From Blepharisma stoltei ATCC 30299 (Eukaryota; Protista; Ciliophora): 64,000 nucleotides of DNA. The stretch covers positions 781,980 through 845,979 of the forward strand of contig CBFDEM010000054.1 of assembly GCA_965603825.1 (NCBI GenBank), read 5' to 3'. The position numbers and the translations under genes are program-made. Below are positions 37,869 to 51,600 of the stretch, one piece after another (position 1 is the stretch's first letter; every line of letters starts with the position of its first letter). The notes under the pieces are model-generated. The model worked only from the letters and a program-made list of their open reading frames with translations. It made no database searches and was not told the origin of the DNA.

Positions 37869-38234
37869 CTACTCAGTAGAACGTAAAAGATGCAGCATTA
37901 CAGGAAGTTTAATGTCAGTTGGACAAATTTTCCTACTGTTATCAACAAGAGGTAAGACTGGCAATGTGCCTGGCATTGTTTGAATATTTATATTAAGATT
38001 AGATGTATCTTTAATGTGTTGTGAAAGTAAAAATGATCCTACTGAGTTTATTTGTGCTTTACTCGGCCTTATATCGATGCCATTTGATATCGCTGATTCC
38101 TCTTTTTGATTTGTTTTGTTACTTAGTGTACCAATCTTCAGGTGCTCTGAATTAATATGTCTAGCCAAAGTGTACTTTGTTTTGTAAACCTTATTGCAGA
38201 ACTCGTAGTAGCAGTTGAACACTTTATCTTCCAT
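37869..38234 (-). CDS. Small C2H2 zinc-finger protein
   Basis: FNCYYEFCNKVYKTKYTLARHINSEH; ATG at 38234. Confidence 0.75.
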   Translation of the reverse strand: MEDKVFNCYYEFCNKVYKTKYTLARHINSEHLKIGTLSNKTNQKEESAISNGIDIRPSKAQINSVGSFLLSQHIKDTSNLNINIQTMPGTLPVLPLVDNSRKICPTDIKLPVMLHLLRSTE

Positions 38235-40275
38235 TGTTTTATTTATTATCAATTTACTTCAAGTAGGAAAATATGGCTTAATTAAAGTTACAGGTTGTTA
38301 TTATATTAAAAGAAAGCCAAATATCTTTTTTGAATGAAACTTCATTATTAGTGGATTAATTTTGTAAATAATTAAAAATGGGTTACCAGTACTGAACAAA
38401 TTTCGCTTTTTTCAAATCTTAAGGAAATTTAGATTTCGCGTCTATAAATTTTGTGGAGATTGCTGGTATATTTTAAATTGGAAATAGTGAAGGAAAATTT
38501 ATTTGGTGACATTTCTTCTCAAAATTTGAAAATATTTCAAAATGCTAGGTAAAATTTTAAATAAATTTAAAAATAATATAAAGAGCAATTATTTGTCTTC
38601 GGTAAAGTTAATAAATTTTTTGAAGCTGCCTAAATTTGATAAAATTTCTAGATATTATAGAAATAAAAATGATAATGATAAAGTGCATGATAGTTATTTT
38701 GAATTTTTAATATTTCTGAATTAATATCGTCTGGGGCTATTCATTTTGAATTAAATTAATCAATAAGATAGAGATGCTTAAATTTCAAAAACAAATTTTC
38801 AAAAGTATTTTTTATAAAAAAATGACAGGGATGAGATGGGTGTGTTTTAATAATTTTTGAATAAATTTACATAAATTTTAAGTATTGTTTTTTAATTTTT
38901 AATTCAGGTTGCTAATTTGTAGTTCTTATGTAGTTCATTATACCTTATCACTCGCTGCACTATTACATATAAATGTATTTTTAAGATGATTCGATGTGTA
39001 TTTCTAGAAATTTCAAAAATTTTAATATTGCATCATTTCTATCCTGATGTTGATTTTAGAGATAATTACTTTCAAATGAATTCTTATGCTCAAATCTAGC
39101 TGATAATATCTCAAGGCTCTTTGAGTACAAAAATTCATTAAATTCTGCAATTTTATTCAATTTATTTATGCTCATTGAAATATTTCTCATAGAAAACTTA
39201 TAAAGTTCTTTCCTTTAAAAACCTTTATCATGATATCACAAGACAGCCTATTTATATAGCAATTGGTGTTTTTGCAATAAATCATATATGAAATAAGGCC
39301 ATTAGTTATTAGAAGAAATATTAATCAAGATCTAAATTTTAAATCTGATAAATGACAATTTAGGAAGACGGATTATAGGATTTACCTAAAAAATTTAAAT
39401 CACTTATAATTATCTGGGATATCTTGTTGACATTTTAGTCTCTCTTTATGAATTATTTAAGCTTTAATATTTAATTATGATGAAGATATTAATATGTCTT
39501 ATTTAATTCGACGTCAGTTTTATTCTAATAATCAGTCTCTTTTTGATCATTATATTAATATAAACATAAAATTAGCTGGGTAAAAAGTATCAGAAAAGAA
39601 TCTTCATTTTCTCCGTGAATTTATGAATAGGAAGTATTGTTTTATTGCTTTACTACTTGGATCAGTTGCCAAATAGTTTTAAGTTGCAACATTGCACAAT
39701 TGACCACACAAGCACAATTCTTTGCTTTTACAAATATTGCTGCAATTCTCATTCATATAAATGAAGGCTCAGACTTTTTAAGAGTCTTATAAAATCCCTT
39801 TTTAAAACAGCTATAAAATATTAAAGCTGATGAAATCCTAATGGGCTCAAAAAATAATTTAAATTTTAATTTGAAAAGAATCCAAGAAAATCAAGTACTT
39901 AAGACACCAGAATACTATATTCTAATACAGCAAATAAAAATGCTCATATTTGAAGATTGTTTACTCTGAAACGCACTATTTCAAATTTCTCATAGAAAAA
40001 TTGCTTCTAACGTAAAAATTAATCCTTTGATGGTAAATGATTATATGAATTTTCTAAGCAAAATGTTAAAATAAGTCTCAAGGAGATTAGGTAGCTTGGA
40101 TTCAAATATTAACTATAAAAAAAATAATTCTGCACTTGATTGCCAGCTTAGATTCATTAGTTTTCAAGCATGGAACAATGCCACATTATCATTATTAAAA
40201 CCCTTTATTTCTATTTTATATTCTATGCCATATTTGCTTATATCCAATTGTAGTAATAATTCCATATATAAAGAG

Positions 40276-41673
40276 ATGGGAAATTATCTCATAATAAACT
40301 CTCAAAAGTCATCAATTTCCAACTTCTTATCAAAGCCAATAGATTTTTCCATGCAAGTTCTCACAAAATGTAAATTCTATGCAGGGTTTCTGTCAGATAT
40401 TCTGCAATTTTACAAAAGATACATCAGCTATCACTGAGGAAAAGGTTTCCACCTATCAAGAGCAGAGTTCAAAAGACTAGCCAGAGTTTCACCTATTAGT
40501 GGCATGGAAGATGTGGTGTTTAATTATTTTCGTATCCCTGGACACATAGAAATAAGCATCTTGGAAATATTCGCCTCCGTAATTGTATATGGAAATGTCG
40601 AATTTAATGAAAAAATAAGGCTCGCAATGTACATTTTTGACCTTGATGGTAACAAATACCTAACCCGAGACGAAGTTTATTACTTGTGTGAAGGATTTAT
40701 TAAAGGTATTGGGAGCATGACGAGAGGCCCAATTATTGAAGACTCAAGTATTGCAACTCTTGCTGATACTTGCTTTGCGATATTAAAGAAATCTGTAAAT
40801 ATGAAAATCTGTGGAGAAGAGTAATTTTCATTCAGCTTAAAAACAATTGTTATTTTAAATGATACATTATACGATTTATTACACAAAAATGTTGAAGCAC
40901 AAGAAGAAAAAAAATCATGCGCAACAGAAGAGACTCCTCGAGCTAAAACTCCTCTAAAGTTGAGAGGAAGAGGCAGGGGTCAAACAATTTGTATACCCTG
41001 TGATCTCGAAAATAGATCACTCAGCAGCCATAGAAAAAGAGACATTTCTACAACTCTCACAACTAGAAAATCTTCATTCAGCAAGAAACGAGCAAACAAT
41101 TTCAGTATCACTGTTGGAAAACAGCTCATTTCAAGATTTGAAGTCAGCAAATTTTACGAAATTTTCAAAACAGTCGAAAATATAAACGGCTATGCTACAG
41201 CAATCTCTTTACACAATGCATTGCTGAAAAGCAAAGACTTTGCGTCCGAAGCTGGCTCAATTCCTTTAGATGGTCAATTCCTTAATTTTACACAGATGTT
41301 GGCTATGGTTTTTAGAAATGCGTCAATTTCAGAAATCAAGAGACTTGTAAGATTTATTAATCGTATGAAATATTTAGCTGAGCTGGAACCTGAGACACCG
41401 AATAAAGAAGAAAAAACAAAAAGATTGTCGTTTAATAGTGTTAAATTCTACCCACAATTATTTGAGACTTTTGAAAAAGATAGAGAAGGGTATATACAGT
41501 TCAAGGCGCTTAAAACTAGACTTGGAGGCGATTTTCATGAAGAAAACCTCAGGTATCTATTCGAACAATATAGAGTTCCTAATAAAGGAATCGATTTATA
41601 TGGGTTTATTAGGATGTTTATTCCAAATAGCACGCATATCGGGCAAGATGTTCTTAATAAGCTTTCTGCTTAG
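40276..41673 (+). CDS. EF-hand protein (calcineurin B/NCS-like N-half), one 15-nt intron (40821-40835)
   Basis: MGN start, TGA=W at 40435, EKIRLAMYIFDLDGNKYLTRDEV; intron gtaattttcattcag joins to the 40960 ORF. Confidence 0.8.
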
Positions 41674-42970
41674 AAGGAAAATACAATTTTTTATTAATTT
41701 TTAATTATCGTTTTTAAAGAGATGCATTTCGCTAACTCTAAACTTTTTTAGCCAATAGCAAATGCTTCTATTAGCCAGAAATCTTTTGAATTATTTCATT
41801 CTGAATTAATTTTCTGACGAATATAATTGTAAATTTTATAATAAGATTATAATTATTAAACTTAGTTGAGATTTGGTCAAAGATATAATAATATGAGAAA
41901 GGTAAACCTTCCCGGATAAGCAACGCAAGCTTTAATCCAACTGATGAAAGCTTTACAAATCGAAATCAAAAATATAGCATGCTCTAAAGCTAATCCAAGG
42001 ACTTATTATGCAAGATGCTCAAATGATATGCATTAAGTCATAGCTTTAAAGTTCCCCACTTAATAGTGTATTGTAATAAAAGATTATATAAGATTTATTA
42101 CAAAGTACTTTGATAGAAAATAGAGATCTACTATTTAAAAAGCTAGATAAGCTAGATTCATTCCTTATTTAGAGAACAAGGAATAAAGACCGAAGCCGCG
42201 CAAACTAAAAATATTGGGGTTAAAGAAACTAAAGCAAATCTTGTTCTTCTATTGTAGCCCTTTGGCTTGATGGGTTCTTTTTAAATAATAAACGCTAAGG
42301 CTTTGAGGTTTTCCAACAAATTCATCAAAATTAGAAGACAAATGTGGAGAAATAATTACGCTGCAATAAATAGCTTAAGATTAAGTATTATTTTAAGTTT
42401 TAATACCGAATGGATGATAGCCTTTATAAATTTAAACATTCAATAGTAGTCGTGAGATCAAATGAGTTAAATCAATTAATAAAAATATATGCATATTAGA
42501 GCATTTACTTGAGATTATTCTAAATGCTTCTATTCATTATGATAATAAACTTGGCTTTGAATAGACCTTAATTTCTAACTCTCTTAATATTAATCAAAGT
42601 ATCGCCTAAAGTAAGGAGAAATAATTTTTAATCTTAATCTTCATTAAAGGTGAAACAATACAAACATGATGAAATCGAATCTTTATTTAATGACTCTAAA
42701 AAATCAAGGATTTATAGGCTAAATAACTCATTTGGCCAACAAAGAGCATTTGACCTCCCTAGTAATAAAATAAATTTATATATAATCATTGAAATCATTA
42801 ATTCTTAGGCAGTAAAAACGGCTTTCAAATTCCTTATCATTAGCGTATTTCTGATAAAAAGGAGCATATCAGAATTTGCCAAAAACAAATAAAGAAGCCG
42901 AGTAGTTTATAATACCTTTTGATTTGCACATGATGAGATCTCACTTGGAAACCGAAATAGATTAATTTTA

Positions 42971-43318
42971 GGTAAAATCAATGCATAGGCTAAAAGTTTG
43001 TGTAAGTTGGATATATTTTTCGAGTTCATCAGGTTCCATCTTTAATTTCAATTTAAGAACCCATAATTTTTGTTCACACATACTTTTACAATGCACATCA
43101 GTTTTCACTAAAAATAAGTAATTTAAGTTTGCACTGATGAGATAGACTTGCATGCAAAAAATTTATGAAAAATCATGCATGATCATTGCCCACATTTCAG
43201 CTTTTCACTCCATACTAGTTCGTCTGGCTCTATCTTGAATTGAAATTAGAAATGGAACCGGAAGAACTCATAAATATTGTTTTGGTACCTAATTTTTAAC
43301 TATGCATCAATTTTTACT
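42971..43318. repeat. Imperfect inverted repeat, ~87-nt arms (42971-43058 and 43233-43318)
   Basis: Reverse complement of left arm tcttaaattgaaattaaagatggaacctgatgaactc vs right arm tcttgaattgaaattagaaatggaaccggaagaactc. Confidence 0.75.
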
Positions 43319-43871
43319 ATTTTATTATAGATTTTCTAACTTATTTTTCATATGCCTTCATAACTTAGCTCATTAAGTCTTTTTGAAGAACCACAAAGTT
43401 CTCAATATGAAGGAAGATTATAAATAATATAAAAGAAGTATATTATAATTTCTCTTATAAAATGCTGAACTATTTGGCGATTTTCCTCTCTCATTAGAGG
43501 AAAAATGAGATTTCATGCATTAAAATCTGTTTGGCTTACTCAAAAGCTACTTCTTGCAGAGGTATTCAAGGTAAATATGCATAAATCTCTTTCCTAAAAT
43601 AAGAAGTTCTAAATGCTCAAACTTTGTATCTGTTATCAAAATAAGAAGCCAAAAAAATAATATAAAGTGGCGAAAAATTGATCTTGCTGCACCAAAAAGT
43701 TGGCAAATGACCTCATCAACTATTTCCAAAAGATTTTGTAATCACCCAGAATAACCCAATTTTTTATATTGAGATTTGATGTGCATATTTGTCCTCGTAA
43801 CATTTTATGATATTTTTCTATCATTTTGTGTTGCTTTTATTTCATTTTCTATCTTCAACATAATTAATAAA

Positions 43872-45206
43872 ATGGCATTTGGGAGATTTGAAAAGTGGCA
43901 AGCTTTTATATTCTTTCTGACTTTTCTATGTATGGCATCAAGACATGTCTGCTTAGAAAGCTACTACATAGTGAAACCGGAAGTTCACGACTCTATGGGA
44001 TTTTCAACAACATGGCTAGGAGCCATGGACGCAACTTACCTATTCTTTTATGCAATGGGGAACTTTTTATGTGGGTCACTAGGAGATAATATTCCGCTTA
44101 AATATGTAATTTCTGGAGGAATGACACTCACTTCCTTCGGCTATGCAGTGATATCAATGCTTGGATATGTAGAAGCAAAGTACCCATTCTTATTTATTGT
44201 AATCTTTGCCTTTGTAGGTGTTTTCCAATCAGCAGTATGGCCTGGGACTGTTGCAGTCATGGGGAATTGGTTCTCGAAAACGCATAGAGGCAAAGTCATA
44301 GGCATATGGAGTTCTGGTGGGTTTGTTGGGGATATTCTTGGAGCTCAGCTCGGCTCTTTATTAGTTTCCCAAGCGGGCTTTGCATGGGAATCAGTAGTAT
44401 TATCAGCCGCAATAATTTTGGTATGTGTTGCAATTTTATTCTATTTTGTCTCAAAAGAAAAACCGGGGCCTGAATTTGAGCCAGCAGATAAGTCATATCA
44501 ACTAGTAGAGAATGGAGAGGAATTGCATGAAGATGGCCCTAAGAAGAAAAAAGGAATTTCCTTTTGGAGGGCTTGGACACTTCCAGGAGTCTTAGTTTAC
44601 TCTTTTACTTATGGATGTGTCAAGATGCTCAATTACTCAATGATTATGTGGCTACCTTACTTTTTAGACAAGCATATTGATGTCAGTAAAAGCTTGATTG
44701 GCACTATGGCAAATTTCTATGATTTAGGAGCACTTATAGGAGGGTTTGGAATGGGATGGGTTACTGATAAACTTGGAATTAGGGCACCTTTTGTAAGCAT
44801 TCTATTGTTTTTAGCACTTCCAACGTTAGGTATTGTTCACCTTATGACTCCTGGGCTCTGGTGGATGTTTTTCTTTATAAACATATTACTTGGGATTTTT
44901 ATTGGGGGAGCAGATATATTAATTGCTGGGGTTATTTCGACAGATTTAGGCAAAAATGAGCAAATTAAGAATGAAGAAGCTTTGGCAACAGTAACAGGGA
45001 TCATAGATGGAACTGGAGGTGCTGGAGCAAGTCTTGGACAAGTCATTATTGGAGTTCTAGCTCTTTGGAGCTGGGATTTAGTGTTTGGATTTATGTTTTG
45101 CATTGGACTTTTAGGATTAGCCCTTCTAGCCAAGTATTCTATACGAGACGTAAAATTTTATATGCAGCAAAAAAAGCTTGGAGTGAAAGTTGCAAGCGGT
45201 ATTTAG
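43872..45206 (+). CDS. MFS sugar-phosphate exchanger (SLC37/GlpT-like), paralogue 1
   Basis: About 12 TM; FQSAVWPGTVAVMGNWF..RG, WLP, TVTGIIDGTG; no TGA codons. Confidence 0.92.
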   Translation: MAFGRFEKWQAFIFFLTFLCMASRHVCLESYYIVKPEVHDSMGFSTTWLGAMDATYLFFYAMGNFLCGSLGDNIPLKYVISGGMTLTSFGYAVISMLGYVEAKYPFLFIVIFAFVGVFQSAVWPGTVAVMGNWFSKTHRGKVIGIWSSGGFVGDILGAQLGSLLVSQAGFAWESVVLSAAIILVCVAILFYFVSKEKPGPEFEPADKSYQLVENGEELHEDGPKKKKGISFWRAWTLPGVLVYSFTYGCVKMLNYSMIMWLPYFLDKHIDVSKSLIGTMANFYDLGALIGGFGMGWVTDKLGIRAPFVSILLFLALPTLGIVHLMTPGLWWMFFFINILLGIFIGGADILIAGVISTDLGKNEQIKNEEALATVTGIIDGTGGAGASLGQVIIGVLALWSWDLVFGFMFCIGLLGLALLAKYSIRDVKFYMQQKKLGVKVASGI

Positions 45207-45784
45207 TAAATTCTCACTCATTAAAATAATAATAAAATCTAATAAATATTGATTCTTGAAGTAGTAACTATCCTAGTCTTCTCATTTTCCAATAAAGAAC
45301 AAGTTAAATAATTGCATAAAATTATGATATGCCAGATTATCGTAATTCTAAAATATAAGCAGCATAAGATGCTCAAGCGTGTTGTTTGAGATTTAGAGCT
45401 ACAATTGATTCACTGAATTACAAGCTCATTAGATCAATTTCTTACTGCTATAGTAATCATAAATTGCATTTATTAAGTACAGGATTGCCTCTTTATATTT
45501 ATTAAATATGATCTTTGACAGATAAATTGTTTTTAACCAACAAATATCACACTAAAACCAAACTTAACAGACAATATAAAGTTGTGATAAATTAATCTGT
45601 TAATTGAGGCTTTTACATATACAACTAGCTAAAAATTATTTTAATCAGTTTGTTTTTGCTTAGACTTTAGCTCTATCCGGTACACCTTAGCTTAATTGTA
45701 AGACTTCATCAAACCTACCTCTTAATAATCTCATTTATTATGTTGCTGCTTTTAACTATTGCATTTTCTAATATATTACTAAAA

Positions 45785-47122
45785 ATGGTATTTGGAAGTT
45801 TTGAAAAGTGGCAAGTTCTGACATTCACTTTGACTTTTCTATGTATGTCGTCAAGGCATATCTGCTTAGAGAGTTATTTTATAGTGAAGCCAGAAGTTCA
45901 CAACTCTATGGGATTTTCTACAACATGACTGGGAGCAATGGATGCTACCTATCTGTTCTTTTACGCACTTGGGAATTTTGTGTGTGGATCATTAGGGGAT
46001 AACATACCACTTAAATACGTAATTTCAGGAGGAATGGTACTTACATCTTTCGGCTACGCATTGATATCAATGCTTGGATATGTTGATGCAAAATACCCCT
46101 GGCTATTTATTATAATTTTTGGCTTTGTCGGAGTTTTTCAGTCAACAGTATGGCCTGGGACAGTTGCAGTGATGGGAAATTGGTTCTCGAAAACACATCG
46201 AGGCAAAATAATAGGCTCATGGAGCTCTAATTCATTTGTTGGAGATATTCTTGGAGCTCAGCTTGGCTCCTTATTACTTTCCCAAGCAGGCTTTGCATGG
46301 GAATCAGTTGTGATATCAGCTGCAACAATCTTGCTCTGCGTTTCAATATTATTCTATTTTGTCTCAAAAGAAAGACCAGGCCCTGAATTTGAACAAGTGA
46401 AAAAATCAATCCAATTAGTTGAGCCTGGAGAAGAAATGTTTGAAGAGGCTCCTAAGAAGAAAAAAGGCATTTCTTTCTGGAAAGCCTGAAAACTTCCAGG
46501 TGTTACAGTTTATGCTTTAACTTATGGGTGTGTAAAGCTACTTAATTATTCAATGATTATGTGACTGCCCTACTTTTTAGACAAGCATATTGATGTCAGC
46601 ACAAGTTTAATCGGGACAATGGCAAATTTCTATGACTTAGGAGCGCTTTTTGGAGGGTTTGGAATTGGCTGGGTTACTGATAAACTTGGGATCAGAGCCC
46701 CTTTTGTATGCATTATGCTGTTTTTAGCGCTCCCTACTCTAGGCATTATCCAGCTGATGACTCCTGGGCTTTGGTGGATGTTTTTTATAATAAATATCTT
46801 TCTTGGCTTTTTTATAGGAGGGTCCGATATATTGATTTCTGGGGTTATCTCAACTGATTTAGGTAAAAACGAGCAAATTAAGAATGAAGAAGCTTTAGCA
46901 ACAGTAACAGGGATCATAGATGGAACTGGAGGTGCTGGAGCTAGTCTTGGACAAGTCATTATTGGAGTTCTAGCTATTTGGAGCTGGGATTTAGTATTTG
47001 GATTCATGTTTTGCGTTGGGGTTTTAGCAGTAACCCTTCTACTCAAGTATGCTATACGAGATGTGAAACTTTATATACAGCAAAAAAAGCTTGGAGCAAA
47101 AGTTTTAAGTGGAGTTGAATAA
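45785..47122 (+). CDS. MFS sugar-phosphate exchanger, tandem paralogue 2
   Basis: Collinear with paralogue 1; TGA at 45926, 46487 and 46562 align to TGG. Confidence 0.92.
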
Positions 47123-47650
47123 ATTCTCACTTTAATAAAATTCAGTAAGATTTATTAATATTTTTCCTTGTCATAAGGGTTTAATTAAAACGATCCTCTT
47201 TTATGTATTGGGCTATAATTAAAAGCTATCTCTATTGAGCGCTTTATGGCCTAATTTATGGATTAATCATAAATTGCAAACGAGGCCCAAAACGATTGAA
47301 ATATTGATCTCCATATTAAGACGATAATAGAAAGCACTGTCTTTAATAGTTCTATCCATAACCTGAGACTGCCTATAAAATCTTTATATTTTAGTAAATT
47401 TTGGATAAATCTAGAAAATTAGCTGTTTTTTATATTTTCAGATTATTTGACAACAGAATTTTGAATTTTCTGAGATCAACTATTACTCTCTGATAAATTT
47501 CAATATGAAATTTACTAATAAAATTATCGATGCTATCTGTGCCGATACATATGATGCTTTATTTTCTTCATATTCTCTTCTAATCTCTTAGATCTTAAGC
47601 CAAAGATATTTTCAGCTTAAATCAATAAGCTTATCATAAATTAATATCAT

Positions 47651-48535
47651 ATGCCTGCAAATTGGTTGTCAATCAAGCCACTCTTTGGGATCTCACTTGG
47701 CGTCGGACTTGGTATTGTAGGCTTGAGTTTCTTATTAAGAGAAAAGCCTAAGCACACTCACGAGACTTCTGTATCAAAGACACTGCTACTTTCAATACTA
47801 AAAGAATTGAATAGAGAAATGACAGCATTAGCCATCTCCCTAGCTACTACGGCCGCCCAGATTCGAGAAGTATTAAGTTCAAATTATTCAGAAAAAATAA
47901 TCACTGAAATGATAGAGAAAAGCAGTAAGTTATAATCAGCTTCTTTTTCTAAGCAAGTGGAGTCTATTGAAAAAAGAGTATATGAAAGATTCAACACGAA
48001 TAAAAAGGTTGTAGAAAAAGCTTATAAAAAAGATTTTTATAATGACTCGTAATTTTTATGCAGCGATGTCCAAGATATTTGCATGAAAACCAAAATTATG
48101 ATCGATGATGCTTTTAAAGGAATTATTCCTATAATTGGGAATCCATTACCGGATTTTGTAACATCTGAATTTGTGTTGAGTATCATGAGGGAAATTTACA
48201 ATAAAACTACGAAAACAACACTGACACTTATAAAAGAAGCCAAAGTAAAAGGATTTTCTGTTAATTTTAGCAATAAAAGCTTCGTTGAAGTGACTCAAGA
48301 AATCGAGATTAGGACTGAGCTAGATAAAAGAGAAATTTTTGAAAAATATAGATTGTTTAACTATGAAGATTCCCCAAGCTGTATTATCCACAATGCTATT
48401 AAAAAATATTCAAGGAAATCAAAAGAATTTAGGAGAGAACTAAGTAAGATTGAAAATGCTTATCATAGCGTTATCCAACAAATAATGCATGACCAAGTTT
48501 CTAGGGATGAAGAAATGAGAATTTTGAATAGGTAA
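47651..48535 (+). CDS. Hypothetical protein with N-terminal membrane anchor; introns 47925-47939 and 48049-48063
   Basis: GISLGVGLGIVGLSFLL; introns gtaagttataatcag and gtaatttttatgcag restore a single frame. Confidence 0.78.
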
Positions 48536-48667
48536 TTATTGATTAATAAATTTTTAAGTTTAAATTTTGTTTTAAAATAAGAAAAGTCTAAAAAATAATA
48601 GCGATTGCCAGCTTATTATTCCATTTTCCATATTAATTGATGCAGAATTATTTAATGATTGCTTATA

Positions 48668-51600
48668 TTAGAGTTTTCTAAAGCTGATACTTTTCTTGCA
48701 AACCGTCTCATCTCTAAATGAGGATAAATCAGAAAGACTATTACTTGTGCCTTCCATAGTTTTAGTATTTATTTGCTTATTATTCAATCTGAAACTAGAG
48801 CTGAGTTTTCCTGCTTTTTTATAGAGATTTTCCCAGTTTATCACTGACTTGTATTTATTTTCATATTTCAAATAAATTTTTTCAAAAAACACCATAAAGG
48901 TCCCACCCATTTGAATTATCCCAAAAAACGCTCCAATCAAGCTGCTTAAAAATATATATAAAGTTTGGTTGTAAAACCTTGAAGTAACCAAAACCGTATT
49001 TCCTGTGTCCAAATTTACATTTACTTGCAAGGCTGCATGAAAATGAAGTCTAAATATTTTTTACTCTTCAACTGTATAAGCAGACCCAGACACTGGAGAA
49101 CTAGGTAAAGAAACGTGGTACCCAGTTTCTTCCCTTGGCCATGCAGAAATTTCTGATTTAAATAGTGAAGGGGTCATTAAAAAAGTAAACTCAGAAGGTG
49201 TCGCTCCACGAAAAGCAAGTTTTTCATTATTAGCTTTCAATAGAGAATAAATTGAGCTATCTTCTCCAGGAATTGATGAAGAAGATGTCACTTGTATAGC
49301 AATATAACTAGAATAGCTTGTCATTTCGTAAAAAGCAGCATAGAGTTTTGCCCCAGTTTCCAATATACAGTTTGAGCATAAAAACGTTACTATACAGTTT
49401 TTTTCTATGAATTCGCAAGACGGAGCATGGATATGTCCTTTGATATTAGTAAATTTGTAAGCTAAATCACCGTGGCAGACAGAACCTTCATAAGCACATA
49501 TTCCACCATAATATAAAAATGATACTGTAATATTCACATCTCCTGGATAACTGCTATAGCTGTTTAATAAAGTCACTAAAGGAGCCAGGGTTTTTGTTTC
49601 TGTTATGTTATCGTTAACATAATTGGTGCATGAAATACCTATTAGCAATGCTGCGACTCCAGTAGAAATGATGCTAAAAAAGCCTCCAATTAAAGTCTTT
49701 TTTTTATATATAGGCTCGTTATCTGGAGTATCATGCATGGTGTCATATGAGTCAAAATTGTGAATATATTTGTGAAGAGGCTTATAGAAAATGATAATAA
49801 TTACAACCATGCCTTCAATTGTCCAGAAGAAAATTTCCATATAGGCAGTGTCTCTATCAGCTTTATCAGCATCTGATGAATAAAGATTAGGTTGGGAGCT
49901 GCTATAAGAAATCAGTCCAAGCTTTACTATTGGGTTTTGACTTCCAATAGGGCAATAATAGCTTGATGGGCATTTACTGCATACAGTGGAACCAGCATCT
50001 GGAGCATATGTATCAAAATAGCAGGGATAGCATTGCGATATATATTGAGAGGCTTGAAAGCTTGTAAACGTCCCTGCTGGGCAAGGGAGACAAGTTGTCA
50101 AATTGTATGAAGAATAATACCCTCCTGAGCAGAGGCTGCAGCTGTTACCATCTGAATATGTTCCTATGCCACATGGCCATGTGAAATTGTCTGATGTTTC
50201 AGTATTAATTTTTAATAAAGAATTTTTGACCTTTATCGTTTGAGCTAGCCCATTTATGGAGTCCCCACCGCCAAATAGATAGATAGAATTTCCGAAATAT
50301 AAAATGCTTGGGGCATATGTCGGACTTTCAAGATTTCCAATTAGTGTGTATTCAGAATTCTCATCAATGTTCATCATAATAATATAGCCAAAAGCTGGTA
50401 AGAACCATTGCTCACCTCCAATAAGAAATAGATATTTATCAACACTAGCAACCCCTGATCTTGCCACAGAGAACCATGAATATTGATTTTGCACCAAAGT
50501 CTCTCATTTTTTCAAGCTAAAATTGAACCTATAAATTGCTGAATTTGGGGTCCCACCCGCATCTTCGCCTGAAACCACATACAAATAGAGCGTCGAATCG
50601 ATGATCCTTGTAAAGCATTTACATTGGAATAGTGATGGTGCAGCTCCGCTACTCCCATCATCTATCTGGATAAAAATGTTCAAATTAATGTCAAACGCCC
50701 ACAAGTCATTCAAAACTCCCGAAAAAGACTGCCCACCAAACAAAATCGCATAAAACCCTCCAAAAGTGATGCAAGCCCCTGCTCTTGCCATAGGTCTGTC
50801 ACTATTGCTCAAAGTAACAACCTGTCAAGAATTAGAAAAATCAGAATATGAGTAAAAATCGTTAAGGAAGCCTGAGACGTCAATACCTCCAAATAGAAGC
50901 ACCAGATCTTGAACAGAGCAGCTTGCATGCATATATCTTGCTGAAGGGATATCTCCATTAGAATTAATTTTGCTTCAGGTTTCTGTTGTTGTGTCGAATT
51001 TTCATAAATCATTTAACCTGATTAGGAATTACAAAGCCTGGTCTTCGTTGATTCCTCCGAATACTCATAGAGAATCATGAAGAAGGTGAAAGGAATGATA
51101 CATTCTTCCGCTAGGGGAAATCATGTGTGGCGAAAGCTGCTTCCATTCTAAAGGGAAATATTGCAAATCTATTGAGACCAAGCTATTTGTAAGCACATCA
51201 TCAGAAGAAACGCCTCCGAAAGAATAAAAAATTGAATTTGCAAGCACTGCTGCACCACATCCATTTGCAATTGACGAGTTTACAGTATGAAGCTTTTCTC
51301 AAGAAGATAAACTTACAAGATTTATCCTTCAGACATTAAGAACTGGCCAGCCTTTTTCTGCTCCATATCCTGGGAAAATATACAAATATTTATCATAAAT
51401 ATCAATTTCGTGGCGAAATCTCCCTTCAGGCTTATCTCCAACTATATTAATTTCGCTTCAGCTTTCCGAATTCATATCATAAATATACAAGTTTGTGTTC
51501 TGAGAATTCCCGGAAAGCCTATTAATTCCCCCTCATAAATATATTTTTTCTTGATAATAAGTGATGTCTGCAGACTCACTTATGGGTGGATCAGCCCCAT

